DNA from: the human T2T-CHM13v2.0 reference genome, Homo sapiens | NCBI RefSeq assembly: GCF_009914755.1 | Contig: NC_060941.1 | Length of the DNA stretch: 64,000 nucleotides | Direction: 5' to 3' (one strand) | In this document: in pieces, positions 47,060-61,804 of the stretch | Layout: each line of letters opens with the position of its first letter | Numbering within the stretch: position 1 is the first letter of the stretch | Notes under the pieces: model-generated | What the model was told of the DNA's origin: nothing | What the model saw: the letters and a program-made list of their open reading frames with translations, nothing else | Database searches by the model: none | Position numbers and translations under genes: made by a program

Positions 47060-47882
47060 CTGCCCATTTATATTTATTAAACCAATTTTTGTGTCTGTTT
47101 ATTTATTTACTGTGAACCGAGGATTATTGCTTTGGAAGGTTCCAAGTTCCTGCTTCCTCTCCCCTGATACTTTTCTTCACCCCTCTATCAGGCTCTGAGG
47201 GATAGATAGATACAACATGAAATAGAACATCCTCTACAGCTTATTTGGAAAGGGAGGCAGGGAGGGCCTTGGCATCAAATACGTGTTGGATCCTGCTAGA
47301 TGCCCACGAGTGGTATATACAGGAAGAACACATGTGCGCATCAAAGGAGAGGACATGCTTGAGGACTAGAACGTAAACCCCGCAGGAATGTATCTTTTTT
47401 GTTTACTGCTATCCCCAGTGTTCAGCATAGGTGCCTGAAAAAGATTTGTTGACCAATGAATGAGGCCTGAATTACCTGAGGAAGATTTGGGTAGGAAATT
47501 GGACTTCACACACTAAGATGTGAAGAAAGGGTAAGACTTGAATAAATAAATGAAAGCGAAGGTTGTCTTTTGGGCTTGTTATAAGAAGATATAGCCCATC
47601 GTATGTCTTCTTTACAGATTCGTTACCACTGAAACCAATGAACAGTTGGTGTATGTAATTATTGATTCAGCAGGAAATGGCAGGCCCCCTGAGTGGAGGG
47701 ACCTTGGCTTTTTCACCATGTAGGCCCACTTCTTAGCAAAGTGCCTGCAATTTAACAGGGTCTTGATGGTTCTCTGTTAAAAGGAATAATGATTTATAAG
47801 ACTATGACAGCTGATTAGAGCCTTAGAGTGGGGAATCTTCCATGCCAGGCCAATCACCTCGAAAATTATCCTTTCTATAGTC

Positions 47883-48068
47883 CAGGGGTCCACAAACTAC
47901 AACCCGTAGGCCCAATCCACACATTTGTTTACCTATTGTCCATGGATGCACTTGCATTGCAGTTGCAGAATTGAGTGGCTGAGACAGAGATGGCATGTGG
48001 CCCCTTGGCCTACACAGGTTAAAATACTTGCTGTCTGCCCCCGGACAGGTGAAGTTCACCAACCTGTG
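47883..48068. mobile_element. MER58A-like MITE
   Basis: caggggtccacaaactac...ttgcagaattgagtggctgagacagaga. Confidence 0.7.
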
Positions 48069-48524
48069 CTGAACTTTGGAGAATGGCACAGGAAGTCTGA
48101 TGCTTTCATGAGGTTGGTGCTGGGTTCTCATGGTTGGCTGGCTGCAATTGTACAGCGCACAAATCTACTAATGCCCTCAGGTCCAACTCTCTCATCTCTC
48201 CTTCGATCCAGAGACTTCTTGGGGATTCCAGTCTTGGCCTACAGTTCTCATGGGTTCAGGAAGGCCTTTGATTCTGAGGAAACATGGTGAGCTTTACTGG
48301 TGTCTAGATAGCTCTCTCACATCCTGCACATTTGCTAAGTTTATAATTTATAATGAGAGGGATCTAGCAAATGATTTCCTTGGGGATTCCCCAGCCTTCT
48401 CTATTGCTCATAACTCTCTTAGCTTCGAAGGTTAGCAGTTTTTAAAATGGGATGCTTTGGCCAAAGTTGCATAACAAAGAATTGCACTGGCCTGTCTGCT
48501 TCCTCCCCTTCTCAAGGTAGCTGA

Positions 48525-48882
<358 letters not shown>

Positions 48883-49504
48883 CTCCAATTTTATTAATAA
48901 ATTATCACCCAGGCAGCGTCTTAGGCAATTTTCTGGTTGTCCATGAGACACTCTTTAAGCTCAGAATTTTAGGCCATAAAATATAGTTCAAACGATGCTA
49001 TAAAGAGTTAAGAGAGTTTCCAAAGAATGTTGGGTAGACCTTGAGAAACTATTTAGCCCAGGCGTGCAATGTTTGTGTGACTTCTCTTGCTCAGCTGTGC
49101 CTGATACTCTATAAATATGCCTTATTTATCTTCTTCATATTTTCATTATTTAATGTTCTTCTTTAAACATACTTTTGGGGCTCCTATATTGCCCAGTTAC
49201 AGCTCTTTTTAAGTTTTTGTGTTCCAATATAACTTAAAATGATTTCAGGGCCTTTGGTAATCAATAGTGTTATCAAATTGGGGGGGATAATATATCAAAA
49301 ATGTGTGACTTATCCAGTAGGCCAAGTATTGAAGCATGGGCTTCCATGGGACAGCAGTTATTAGCCCATCAGGAGGCAAAAGCCATTGTAACTTTCCTTA
49401 CGCTTAGGGAATCCTGAGTCTCATCTTCCCTTATGCCTGTCCTACTAGAATTCTATGGTTTATATCATAATCTTCCTCAAGAAGATTGGGCCTTTTTGCT
49501 CAAA

Positions 49505-50110
49505 TTTCTAAAATTTGAAAACTTAACATCCATAGGACTGTTTTTTAAACGTGAGGATTTTGATTTGAGTGGACATGGGTAATGGGGTATTTTCTTTGGG
49601 TAGGATCCAAGAGCAAGACACCTCTAGGTAGGGCAGTTGATCTCATTCCCCAACCTTCTGATCTGAATTGGGCTGGGACGTGGAGCTACTTTGACTCATT
49701 TGCATAGTGACTGAGGGTTCTACCTGGGGATCTAGGGGCTGGAGATTAACCCTACTGAGTTTTATGGGTATAAAAGCATTTGGTAGATTGAAGTAGGCTC
49801 AGCATGAGACCAGATTACAGGAAAAAAAAAAAAAAAACACCAGAGGCTCTGAAAGGGAACGAACCCTAAGGCAAGAGGGGATCTGAAACATGAACTGGAA
49901 GGTTCAGCAGCGGAAGGACCCTGTTGTTTCTGGGCATAATCTATAACTGAGACTAGAAACTCCCTGTTTCTGTTTCAAGCAACTAGAATCTTCTGCATCT
50001 TTGGGACTAGTAGAGCATTCATGTTTGGAAAAAGTGACTTAACCATAAAATAAAACTCTACCTGAATGTCCCAATATTTGTGTGACCTTCTTACTGTGTC
50101 TTTAACATAA
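49505..50110 (+). mobile_element. Possible ancient (Gypsy-type, LTR81/88/MamGyp-like) solo LTR
   Basis: Ordered U3-R-U5-like signals: TATAAAA 49769, AATAAA 50049 followed by gtgtgacc; family assignment tentative. Confidence 0.45.
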
Positions 50111-50947
50111 AACAGAGCAATGCAGTTTATTTCATGAAAATACGAGGTCTAGCTAGGTTGAGTTGTATACAGTTCTATTCAGAGGCACAACACGCATTGT
50201 AGCTGATCTTATTTTTCTCTTGAGTCCCCACCACTTTCTTCTTCAGTGGCTGGAAAAGAAGCCATATTTTACTTTCCCTTTTTGGGTGGTTACTCTTTTT
50301 CCTCTCATGCTTCCCTGCCTCTTATTAGTCTCCTGCAGCAAGATAATCTGGTAATTTAAATAAGCGAATAAATGTATATATTTTATATTTTTCTCTAGAC
50401 ACATATAATTAACATTATATATGTACTAATAAACATACACATGCACATATATATTAAGGGGTTGATTTTTAAAAATTGGGATACCATTAAACACACTTTT
50501 CTGCATCTTGATTTTTTCACTCAATTATGCCTAAATGAAAATCCTGCGTCAATACAATCAATCTAATTTGTTTTCTGTGGTTGTGTCATATTCCATGGTG
50601 TAGATGGATTACAGTATATGAAGTTGTTTTTTAATGGAGTTGCATACACATTTTTCAATTTCTTTCCTCAGATATTGCTACAATAAACATTCATCTTATA
50701 AATGAATAAATCAGTTTCCAGCTTGGGGTTGAAGAGTAGGGGAAGGTGTAGACTCTAGAAAATGCAGAGATGTAGACTCTAGAGAAATTCTAGGAATAAT
50801 TTCTCCTTAAGTTGGGTAAATTAAGCTAAGTCTAAAATAAGCCAGAAATTAAAGTTCCCCATTCAAATATCAATCCATTCTTACAATCTGATTTATACTT
50901 ACCATTAAGAAACTATATTCATTCCTTTGTTTATTTTTCCTTTTGTC

Positions 50948-51010
50948 CATCTATCCATCCATCCATCCATCCATCCATCCATCCACTCAATTATCCATTC
51001 ATCTATCCAA
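50948..51010. repeat. (TCCA)n microsatellite at an L2 3' end
   Basis: Direct. Confidence 0.9.
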
Positions 51011-51149
51011 ACATGAGCTAAACATCTGCTATGACCTAACACTGTTCTAAGGGCAATGGAAGATATAAAAGATATATATGCTTATAATATAGTTGGGAAG
51101 CAAGCCATATCTATAGGAATAGCTGTTTAATGGTAGTGGCTGCCAAAGG

Positions 51150-51295
51150 TTGGACTGAGATTCAGGACACTGACCAGAGTCCTTACTCTGCCTTTGCTTG
51201 CTTCTTGTTCATTCCGGGACTGTGAAGAAGTCAGTTTACCATTCTAGGCTTTGGTTTCCTCATCTGCAAAATGGCAGAGTGGACCTCGATCATAA
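51150..51295 (+). mobile_element. MIR
   Basis: ggtttcctcatctgcaaaatggcag. Confidence 0.75.
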
Positions 51296-51304
51296 CTGAA
51301 GCAT

Positions 51305-51730
51305 CAGGGGACCTGCAAGCCAAATCCACCCCATAGCCATCTTGTCTGGTCTGTCACAGTTGAAAAAACCCCAACATTTAAAAAGCAGTACATTTCTTAT
51401 AAAAGTATAGATTTTTGGCTTCTTTCAAAAAACAATGGGAAGATTTGTTAACACAGTATCTACATGCCAGTCCCACGAAGCAAAGATTGGCTAAAGCTGG
51501 GAAATGTTTGCCCACTTCTTTTTTTGTTTGTTTTTGTTTGCCCACTTCGAACAAGAAACTCATTCTCCATTTCACCATAGTCCCTACCATGCCCTAAAGT
51601 TGCCCTCCCATGTGAGCTGTCAGTAGCTAATTACCACTGTGCTCGCATGGCTGATTCTTCCTTGGTAGAAAAATGCATTGCTTGCATCTATGTCAAAAGT
51701 AGGAATACGAAAGATCTACTGAGAAGCCTT
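51305..51730. mobile_element. hAT-Charlie-type DNA transposon relic
   Basis: cagggg start; gccaaatccacccc; gatttttggcttctttc...gggaagatttg. Confidence 0.45.
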
Positions 51731-52865
51731 CACATTTCAAGAAAAGTGGGAGAGATTATACAGAGAGAGACAAAGTGAGAAAGACTCTTAGGTGTTTCAA
51801 ACTCTAACAGAAACTGTGTTGAAAACCACACCTGGAAGTCCCAAGGCTGGCTTTTGCTGAGTGGCAGCCCACCCCTCCCCCACCACTGCAAGCCCTTGTC
51901 ACTGCCTGTTAGACACAGCATGTCAAGCTGCACCAGAGGAGAGCCTGTTTGGAGCCAGCTCTGCACAGGAAAAAAAGACAGAAGGAGAACAGGCTCTGCT
52001 ATTTAGAGAAACGTCCTTTCTCCTGCAAAGACTGTCTTGGAAGGCTTATGGTCTCTGATTTCTATATGGTTTTTGGCACATCGTTTTAATCAAAAGAAGA
52101 AAAGGAAACACCGCGATGCCTTCAAACTCTAAACACAATGAGCTGGCAATGGAGGATGCAGTTAAGTCATTCCAATAATATGCCAGGCTCCGAATAACAA
52201 CATCTGTTCCTGCAGGGCAGCTAGCAGAGGATAAAAAACAAGAAAGAAACCTTAGATTTTAATGCAAATAGATTCACTGACAGGCGGCATGGAACGTCTT
52301 TCTATTAGACGGGTCAGAGTTACTGTCAATAGCATGTCTTTGCCTAATTGTAGGCTGCCTGGGGCTAGGTGCAATGGTGAGTGAGTTGGAGAGAAATGAC
52401 CTCTGACCTCCATAGTTTAAAATCCACGTACAGAAACACTTTGATGCATTACAAAGTGCCATGCACAACTATTATATATCAATATTTTAAAAAAGGGCCA
52501 TGGCCCTGGTGGGAGGTCATCAAACCCTAAAAGATTCCCTTGGCTTCATTTAGGAGAGGTTCTGAATTCCCCTGTAATAAGTAGATCCACAGACATTTGC
52601 CCTGGGTATCAGTGCAGCAGACAGCTCTAAAGCACTCCCTTTCCTGGTAATTTTTCAATTCTTCTGAGTCCTTCCGAGAGAGATCCTCAATTAGGTGTTA
52701 ATGATTAATGTCTAATTTCCCTCACACCCTAGGGCAAACCTTTCTGCTTCCAAAAAATCTAGGATTGTAGAAGTGACAAATTTGATATCATAAGATCTTC
52801 CCATGACCATTCTCCGAACCCCTTCTGTGCTCCTCTAACTTACACCACAAGTTTCAACTTCCTAG

Positions 52866-53220
<355 letters not shown>

Positions 53221-53999
53221 CATTTTGTGTTTTAACCATCATCTCTTCCCAGAACACTTACCCTCTAATATATGTCATTCATCCCTCTACCTGGATCACC
53301 TGTGTAACTCCTGCATATTCTTTAAGGGTCACTAAAAGGTCACCCTCTCGCTAGGACTCAGGCCCCCTTCTCAGACTCAGGTAAGTTCCTCTCCTATGCC
53401 TTCCTTTGGCGCTTGCTGTTTGTGTGTGTCTGTACACGTAATACATGGCAGCATAGAAAGTAAAGTCTTCCACCATCTAACTGTGATAGATACCATTTAA
53501 AGGTTAATGAAAAATATGCAATCATTTGTTCAGCATTTACTGGTTGGTTTGTTTCTGATATTTGCTTTAGGGGCAAGTAATAAAAAACCAGATTTCCTCT
53601 CTGTCCTCAGTGGATAGGGGAGAAAAGCCACATCCCCCACTCATCACAGGATCACAGGCATTCTATTGCCCAGTGCAGCCTAAACCACAACATATTGAAA
53701 ATGAATTAATTGACCTAGTAAGTCAGGAACCTTTGTTAATTTCTTCGGCATCATTAATGCTTCCCTTCCTAGTCTTTAGTTTCTTGTAAAATGAGGGATC
53801 CCTAGATCCCTTTTAACTCTCGGAGTCTGAATTCTTGAATCACTCTTCTAGTTGTCCTCCACATCTAACATCTGGGCAGATTTCTGCACATTTTCCCTAC
53901 TTATGGTAGAAAGGTTTTGCTGCTTCTGTACATGGCTTGGTCAAGGGTCTAAACTCAAACTACTCCGTTTAACATCGAAAGTGCCTTTCCTTTCCCAAA

Positions 54000-54240
54000 T
54001 AGTGTGTGCTTTGGTGTTAAGCAAACCTAGATTTGAATTGTGTCTTTCACTGTAGTTAACTAGGTGACCTCAGGTGAGTTTCTTAATCTCTCTATGCCTC
54101 AGTTTCCTCATTGGCAAAATGGAGATAACTCCACACAAGTCACGGAGTTGTTGAAATTATCAAATAAGATAAAGCAAATCCTTAGTACGATACTTAGTAC
54201 ATGGGTAGTGCTTACTAAATGTCAGCTTTTTATTAATTAT
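54000..54240 (+). mobile_element. MIR
   Basis: cttaatctctctatgcctcagtttcctcattggcaaaatggagataac. Confidence 0.85.
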
Positions 54241-56039
54241 TGTGACCCCTCACTTATTCACTTGATATGAAACAATGGCTTTATTAGTAGTATAACTGTG
54301 TCATGTAAAAATATTTTAGCATAAATATTGTGATATGTAAGAGTGAGTTATTTCTATTTGACTTCTTAGGGGCTATTAGCCTGTGAAATATTCTAGTATG
54401 AATTAATACTAGGTTTGTCAAATTACTATAAAAATAGAAGTAGTTTTAGAGTGATGATATTAATGGTGTTTAAGTTATATGATTAAGGAGAAGCAGTACA
54501 ACAGTGTCCACCAATCTTGCACAAATAAGGTAGAAGGAACTAGCTAACTCTGAAGTCTATGCCAGTCCTGCCAGTTGTGCAGCACTGGCCCTACACCTGT
54601 CTATATCAATGGCGGCCCTGCTACCTTCCCTGCCTACCTGGGCCTGTGAACACTTCTTCATCCTCTTCCAAGGGAGCTTGTTCTGCAAGGGACTGGTTGG
54701 GGGCACCTGAGACTGCCTTTCCCAAGCTACGGAAACTTACGGTTTATGCCTGCTTGCTAATAGAGATGTCACATTTTGTCTGAGACTTGATTAGAACTGG
54801 TAGTAAGGTTGCAGGGAATGGAAAGATTATATCACTTTCTCCAACCACCAGCCTGTATAACAAGGATCTATCATCCCTGGATGCCAGATTGGCTTAGATT
54901 GGTTGCTTCACCAAGCATTTCCCCCATACCTTGCCCAGCACTTGCTAATTCTTTTCTCAACCAGTTCTTTTGGTTCTCACCTTTCTTAAGTCTTAGGTGG
55001 AAATTTTAGCTTACATAAGTTTTCTTTATTTGCTCTATAAATAGCCAAGTATCATACTGATGGGAGGTACCTTATGCTGTCATTAAAATTAAGAGCTTAA
55101 TAATTTTTGAAAACCATACTGCAGATATTACACATGATTTACTGACTTTAAAATTAATAAAAGTAATATTTACACTATACATTTGTTGGAAATACCAAGA
55201 TTCCATGTTGCATTTAAAAAAATTCTATTATAGTAGAAATAAAAAGAAGAGATTTCCCCCCCCACCTTGTAAGGATCTGTTTGAATTAATTGTAACTCAT
55301 AAATAAATGCTATTTCTTACCTCAAACAGGTAAACAAATATAGAATGAGGGATAATGAAAATATAACAAGCAACCATTGTACAGTAGTTAAAGTAGAATT
55401 TCACAGGAAAGTTTCTTGTAAACAAACTACTGAATTTTATGATGACAAGACACAGAATAAAGTATAAATATGGCAAGAAAGAGCCTTCACAGGACTTGGC
55501 TTACTGTTTAAATTCTTTGTAAGTTCAAGGTGAATGTCTTGCCTTTACCATTATCTATGTAACAAGGCAAAATGGCTCAGTACGTTATATTTTCGGAGCT
55601 TCATGCCAAAATAGCTCCACCTTTCTCAATCTTCTGGTATTATAAATTTGGTGGCCTTTGGCATCAATTTTAACTTTAATGGTGCTAAGTTAAAGAATTT
55701 GTATCCTGTAACTTAACGGTCTATATTTTTCAGTAACAAAGTGCATTTTACAAAGTAATGTCCATCTTCCACGTTCCTCCTCTTCCCTACCCCCATCTCC
55801 TACTCCAAGTGAGGCTTCCCAAACCTCCCTGGGAGCAGGGGCTGAGACCAGGGTAGTTTTTTCCTCTATGTGTTTATAAACTTTGCATTCTCTTGCCTGT
55901 TGTGGAAGTCACAATTTCGAGCACTGACTGTTTCTGGGTCTTCTCATTTTCATACCTATACTGCTACTTTCCTCAAGGGAAATAGGAGTGTGTAGAAAGG
56001 AGGGCACCAAGATGACTATTTCAAGATTTTCTCCTGCAA

Positions 56040-56280
56040 TGCACCTCGTCTCATGTAATCCTCATAACCACAATGGGTGTGGCATATTACCCAGTATTAT
56101 CTGCATTTCATAGCTGAAGATGCTGAGGTTCAGAGAAGCTGCATGGCCTACATAACAGTGACAATATTCACTCCTACCACAATTTTCTTCCATATACACA
56201 TTGCACAGGAGCCAGCAAGCCAGGCCCAGCGTGAGCCTCCGTCTTCAGTTTCTGAATCCCATGCATCTCTATTCTATCTC
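56040..56280 (-). mobile_element. MIR fragments
   Basis: ctcatgtaatcctcataacc...gatgctgaggttcagagaag. Confidence 0.65.
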
Positions 56281-56304
56281 ACCGCAGAAATGAATCAGAG
56301 AAGG

Positions 56305-56990
<686 letters not shown>

Positions 56991-57549
56991 TCACCAAAAG
57001 GATCAGGGAATCTAGACACAGACTAGAAATTTATTTCACGTGAAGCCCAGCTAATATCATGGTGATAGCTCTCAGACTTCAGGGGAGGATGAGTTTTCGG
57101 AGGCTCTTTCTTCAAGGCCCTCCCTGTTAGCCTCTCCGTTTTGCAGCCTTCCCCATCCTTCTCTTTCTCCTTATGTTTCTGAAGCCTGCTATTTTAGCGT
57201 CTTTGCCTTTGCTAGTCAGCAAGCCCAGGATTTTGTTTTTTCAAGCGTCTAGTATTTTTGATCGTCATCACAAACTCTTCCAGGGCTCTGAATACAACGT
57301 TTTAAAATAGCCTCCAGCATCCCTGGGGGTTATTAACTGACAGTGTGACAGTTTAGTCACCCTGCACCCCTCCCCATGCCTACAAATTTTTTCACAGTTC
57401 TATTTTCAAACAATAAATAACTATGTGGTGAGCATCTTTCCTGTAGTATCCTATTCCATGGAGAGGCTGTAGATATGTCTGTCTTTTGGGCAAGCTGGGA
57501 AGAAAGTGAGCTGAGGTAATTGAGTTTAAAATGAGTTGGCTGCGGTCTT

Positions 57550-57998
57550 TTTTTTTAATTGTAGTAAAACGTGTAGCATAAAATTGACCATTTTCATAAT
57601 TTATTTTTTAAATTTTTATATTTTTGGAGACGAGTCTTGCTCTGTCGCCCAGGCTGGAGTGCAGTGGCGTGATCTCGGCTCACTGCAAGCTCCGCCTCCC
57701 GGGTCACGCCATTCGCCTTCTTGGTCTCCAGAGTAGCTGGGACTACAGGCGCCTGCCACTACGCCCGGCAAATTTTTTTGTATTTTTAGTAGAGACGGGG
57801 TTTCACCATGTTAGCCAGGATGGTCTCGATCTCCTTACCTTGTGATCCGCCTGCCTCGGCCTCCCAAAGTGCTGGGATTACAGGCGTGAGCCACTGGCCT
57901 GGCCCATTTTCATCATTTTTAAGGGTGCAGTTCAGAGGCATGAAGTTCATTCACATTGTCTGGCAACCATCACCACCATCCATCTTCAGATCTCCAGA
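57550..57998 (-). mobile_element. L1MB 3' end split by AluY
   Basis: ataaaattgaccattttc ... gtgcagttcagaggcatgaagttcattcacattg. Confidence 0.75.
57599..57904 (-). mobile_element. AluY
   Basis: caagctccgcc, gttagccaggatggtctcgatctcc; TSD ccattttcat. Confidence 0.93.
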
Positions 57999-58046
57999 GT
58001 AAGTTGTGTTTTAGGAGGGCCTGGCCCCCTGAGATAAAAAGTGGGA

Positions 58047-58454
58047 CTGAATTAGTCTGCTAAAGTTCCCATAACAAAATACCACAGACTGTGTGGCTTA
58101 AACAACAGCCATTTATTTCTCACAGTTCTGGAGGCTGGGAAGTCCAAGATCAAGGTGTGAGCAAGGTAGATTTCATCCTGAAGCTCCTTCTCTTGGCTTG
58201 TAGGCTGCGCCATCTTGCTGTGTGTTCCTATCATCTCCTTTTTTGTGTGCCTGTGAAGAGAAGCAGCAAGTTCTCTGGTGTCTCTTCTGATAAGGGCACC
58301 AGTCCCATCACATGAGGGCCCCATCCTCATAACCTCAATTAACCCTAATTACCTCCCTGAAGCCCCATCTCCAAATACCATCAGATTTGAGGAACTGGAG
58401 GTTAGGAATTCAACAAACGAATTTTGGGGAGACATAAACATTCAGGCCCTAACA
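58047..58454 (-). mobile_element. MLT1A-like LTR
   Basis: ataacaaaataccacagactg...tctcacagttctggaggctgggaagtccaagatcaag. Confidence 0.85.
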
Positions 58455-60899
58455 GTGATTTATCTGATGATTATGAAGGACTCATTAGAAACCACTGGGA
58501 CTGGCAGAGTCCCAATGACGTTGACAGAAAAACATTGCATAACTAGGAATGGAGCTGTTCCAGGGGAGAAGAAGTAGACCAGCAGGTGTTGGGAAAGAAA
58601 CAGTTGAGAAGCACAGGCAGCCCCTCAATCCACACTGGTCCTTCTGAAAGACATGGAATAAATAAAGCACCCAGCAAATTAAGAGTCAGCCGATGCTCTG
58701 TGGGGACACTAAAGTGGCCATGTGTAGACTACATCACATTTTAGTGCCCAGATGCTGAAAGCTTCTCTGCTGAAAATTGACCCAGAGAAGGAAAAATAGG
58801 GAATCCACAACAAAATATGACTAGAAGTCAAACAGTAATTTTGCAAGCATGAATTTAAGAAGAAACACAGAGCACTTATTATATTGTAGATTTCCATTTT
58901 TTTAATGCTTTTTGAAGTTTCTATTATTTAGTATAATAGTATACTCAGATTTAACTATTGTTTGGGCATATATCCACCCAAACATCTTTGTTTATTTATA
59001 TTTTTGGCAGCTGTTTTCATGCATTACTTTATATTTAATACATGTACATGGCACATAATTCCAAAGGTACAAAAGGGTACACAGCAAAATATAACACTCC
59101 TTTCCATCCTGACCCTCCAGCCACCCAAAGACAGCTCTTATTTCCAGCTTCTTATGTGTGCTTTGTGTGTGTGTGTGTACATGCACGTGCATAAGGAAAA
59201 TTTTTACCCAAATAGCACATGATATTACCCAAATATACACATGGTTCTGCACCTTGCTTGTTACCCTGTTATATCTTGGAATTCATTTCATATCAATATG
59301 TATACAACTGCTTCATTTTCTGAAACAGCTTTAGAGTATTCCATTGTTTGTATGAACCAGAATTTATTTTTTTTTGGGTCTCTTTTGTTTATTGTCTGCC
59401 CCTCACCAAAGGTTTCTTCCATGAAAAGAGGAAGGATTTTGTTGTGCTTCCTGCTGTATCTTTAGCAATTATAACAATGCCTGATAAACACATAAATATT
59501 TGTACTCTGGGGTGTTGACTGACTACATAATTTCACACCTGAGTAATTTGAATTGCTGGAACGAGGGGAATGTGTAGTTGTCATTGTGTTAGGATCCATA
59601 CTGCCCTCCATGGAGGCTGTACCAATGTATTCTACCACCACTAAGGTTGGAGTATATCTGTTTTCCCACACCTGTGCCAATACCTATGGTAACACCCATG
59701 CCTACCAACATAGCATGCTGCCAAGGTTCATTTTTTCCTGTCTGATAGAGGAGAAATGGTATCTTAAGATTTTATATTTCTGCATTTATTTTTCTTTATG
59801 TTTTTGCATTTTTTATTATAATTGAGTTGCACATGTTTAAAAGCATTTGTATTTTCTCATCCATGATTTGTGTGTGTCGTTCATTGAGAAAGGGATTTCT
59901 CCCTTTGTCTGAGACATGTTTCAACAGTTTTGCCCCAGCATGTCATGTCATTTGAGGTTGCCTGTAGCCCCATTCAGAACTTCTGACATGTATGTTTTAG
60001 AGCTTTTCATTTTGATGAAGTCAAATTTATCAATCTTTTCTTTTGGGGCTTCTTGGCTTTTGGGAGGGGGATGGTCATAATTAGAAAAGTCTTTCTCAGT
60101 GTAGGATTATTTAAAAAAATGTTCGCATGTGTTCTTTAGTACTTTTTCTAGTTTGTCAAAGTTTAAATCTGTGATACCTAAATTTATTTTAGTATTGGGA
60201 GTGAGGTAGGGATCTTTTTTCTCTTTCCCTAATTGGTTATGAATACCACTTGGTGAATGGCCAGTTTTCTTTTTCACTGACTTGTTGTGTTATCTTTATT
60301 ATTTATGAAACTCCCAAATATTTGGGGGTTTATTGGTGGACTCCTTTATATTTTCCATTGATTTATTGTCTATTCAATCATGAGTGTCACATCATTGCAA
60401 TTACTGCAGCTTTTAATATTTTTTCAGTGTGGTAGTACTGGCTCCCATTTTTCCTTATTTCATAAATGCCCCAAATATCATTGGATGTTTATTTATCTAT
60501 ATACATTTTAGAATAAATTTCTCTATTGTTTTGAAAACCTATTTGTAACATCTGCAATTACTATAGATTAGAAATATTTGAAATCTTTATAATATTTAGT
60601 ATTCTTATTCAATAACTTTCTTTTTTAATGGAAATTTAATTTATTGTAGAGGTGACATTACTAATCATTAGGAAAAGTGATGGGTGACAGAATATGTGAA
60701 GCTGGTACAATTGCTTATCCCTGTAAAATTAAGTTTATTATCTCACATTATAGATAAAATAAATGTCTTCCTGGGGCATTAAAATATAAATGTTAAGAGC
60801 AAAACTTTAAAAATTTGAGACTAAAATGTAAGAGAATATCTTTATGATATCAAAATAGGAAAGGGTTTCTTTTTTTTTAAAGTTCAGATCTCCTTTTTT

Positions 60900-61804
60900 A
60901 TTATTATTATTAAAGTTTTAGGGTACATGTGCACAATGTGCAGGTTAGTTACATATGCATACATGTGCCATGCTGGTGTGCTGCACCCATTAACTCATCA
61001 TTTAGCATTAGGTATATCTCCTAATGCTATCCCTCCCCCCTGCCCCCACCCCACAACAGTCCCGAGTGTGATGTTCCCCTTCCTGTGTCCATGTGTTCTC
61101 ATTGTTCAATTCCCATCTGTGAGTGAGAACATGTGGTTGTTTGGTTTTTTGTCCTTGCGATAGTTTACTGAGAATGATGATTTCCAATTTCATCCATGTC
61201 CCTACAAAGGACATGAACTCATCTTTTTTTTAGGGCTGCATAGTATTCTGTGGTGTATATGTGCCACATTTGCTTAATCCAGTCTATCATTGTTGGACAT
61301 TTGGGTTGGTTCCAAGTCTTTGCTATTGTGAATAGTGCCGCAATAAACATACGTGTGCATGTGTCTTTATAGCAGCATGATTTATAGTCCTTTGGGTATA
61401 TACCCAGTAATGGGACGGCTGGGTCAAATGGTATTTCTAGTTCTAGATCCCTGAGGAATCGCCACACTGACTTCCACAATGGTTGAACTAGTTTACAGTC
61501 CCACCAACAGTGTAAAAGTGTTCCTATTTCTCTGCATCCTCTCCAGCACCCGTTGTTTCCTGACTTTTTAATGATTGCCATCCTAACTGGTGTGAGATGG
61601 TATCTCACTGTGGTTTTGATTTGCATTTCTCTGATGGCCAGTGATGATGAGCATTTTTTCATGTGTCTTTTGGCTGCATAAATGTCTTCTTTTGAAAAGT
61701 GTCTGTTCATATCCTTTGCCCACTTTTTGATGGGGTTGTTTGTTTTTTTCTTGTAAATTTGTTTGAGTTCATTGTAGATTCTGGATATTAGCCCCTTGTC
61801 AGAT
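60900..61804 (-). mobile_element. L1PA2/3-like 5'-truncated copy
   Basis: Near-consensus 3'UTR and 163-aa ORF2 C-terminus; 16-bp TSD TCAGATCTCCTTTTTT (60884-60899, 61799-61814). Confidence 0.97.

Noticed and set aside
61219-61710. 163-aa ORF with CWRGC...HCWW motif
   Set aside because: L1 ORF2 cysteine-rich tail in a 5'-truncated copy that lacks promoter, endonuclease and RT.
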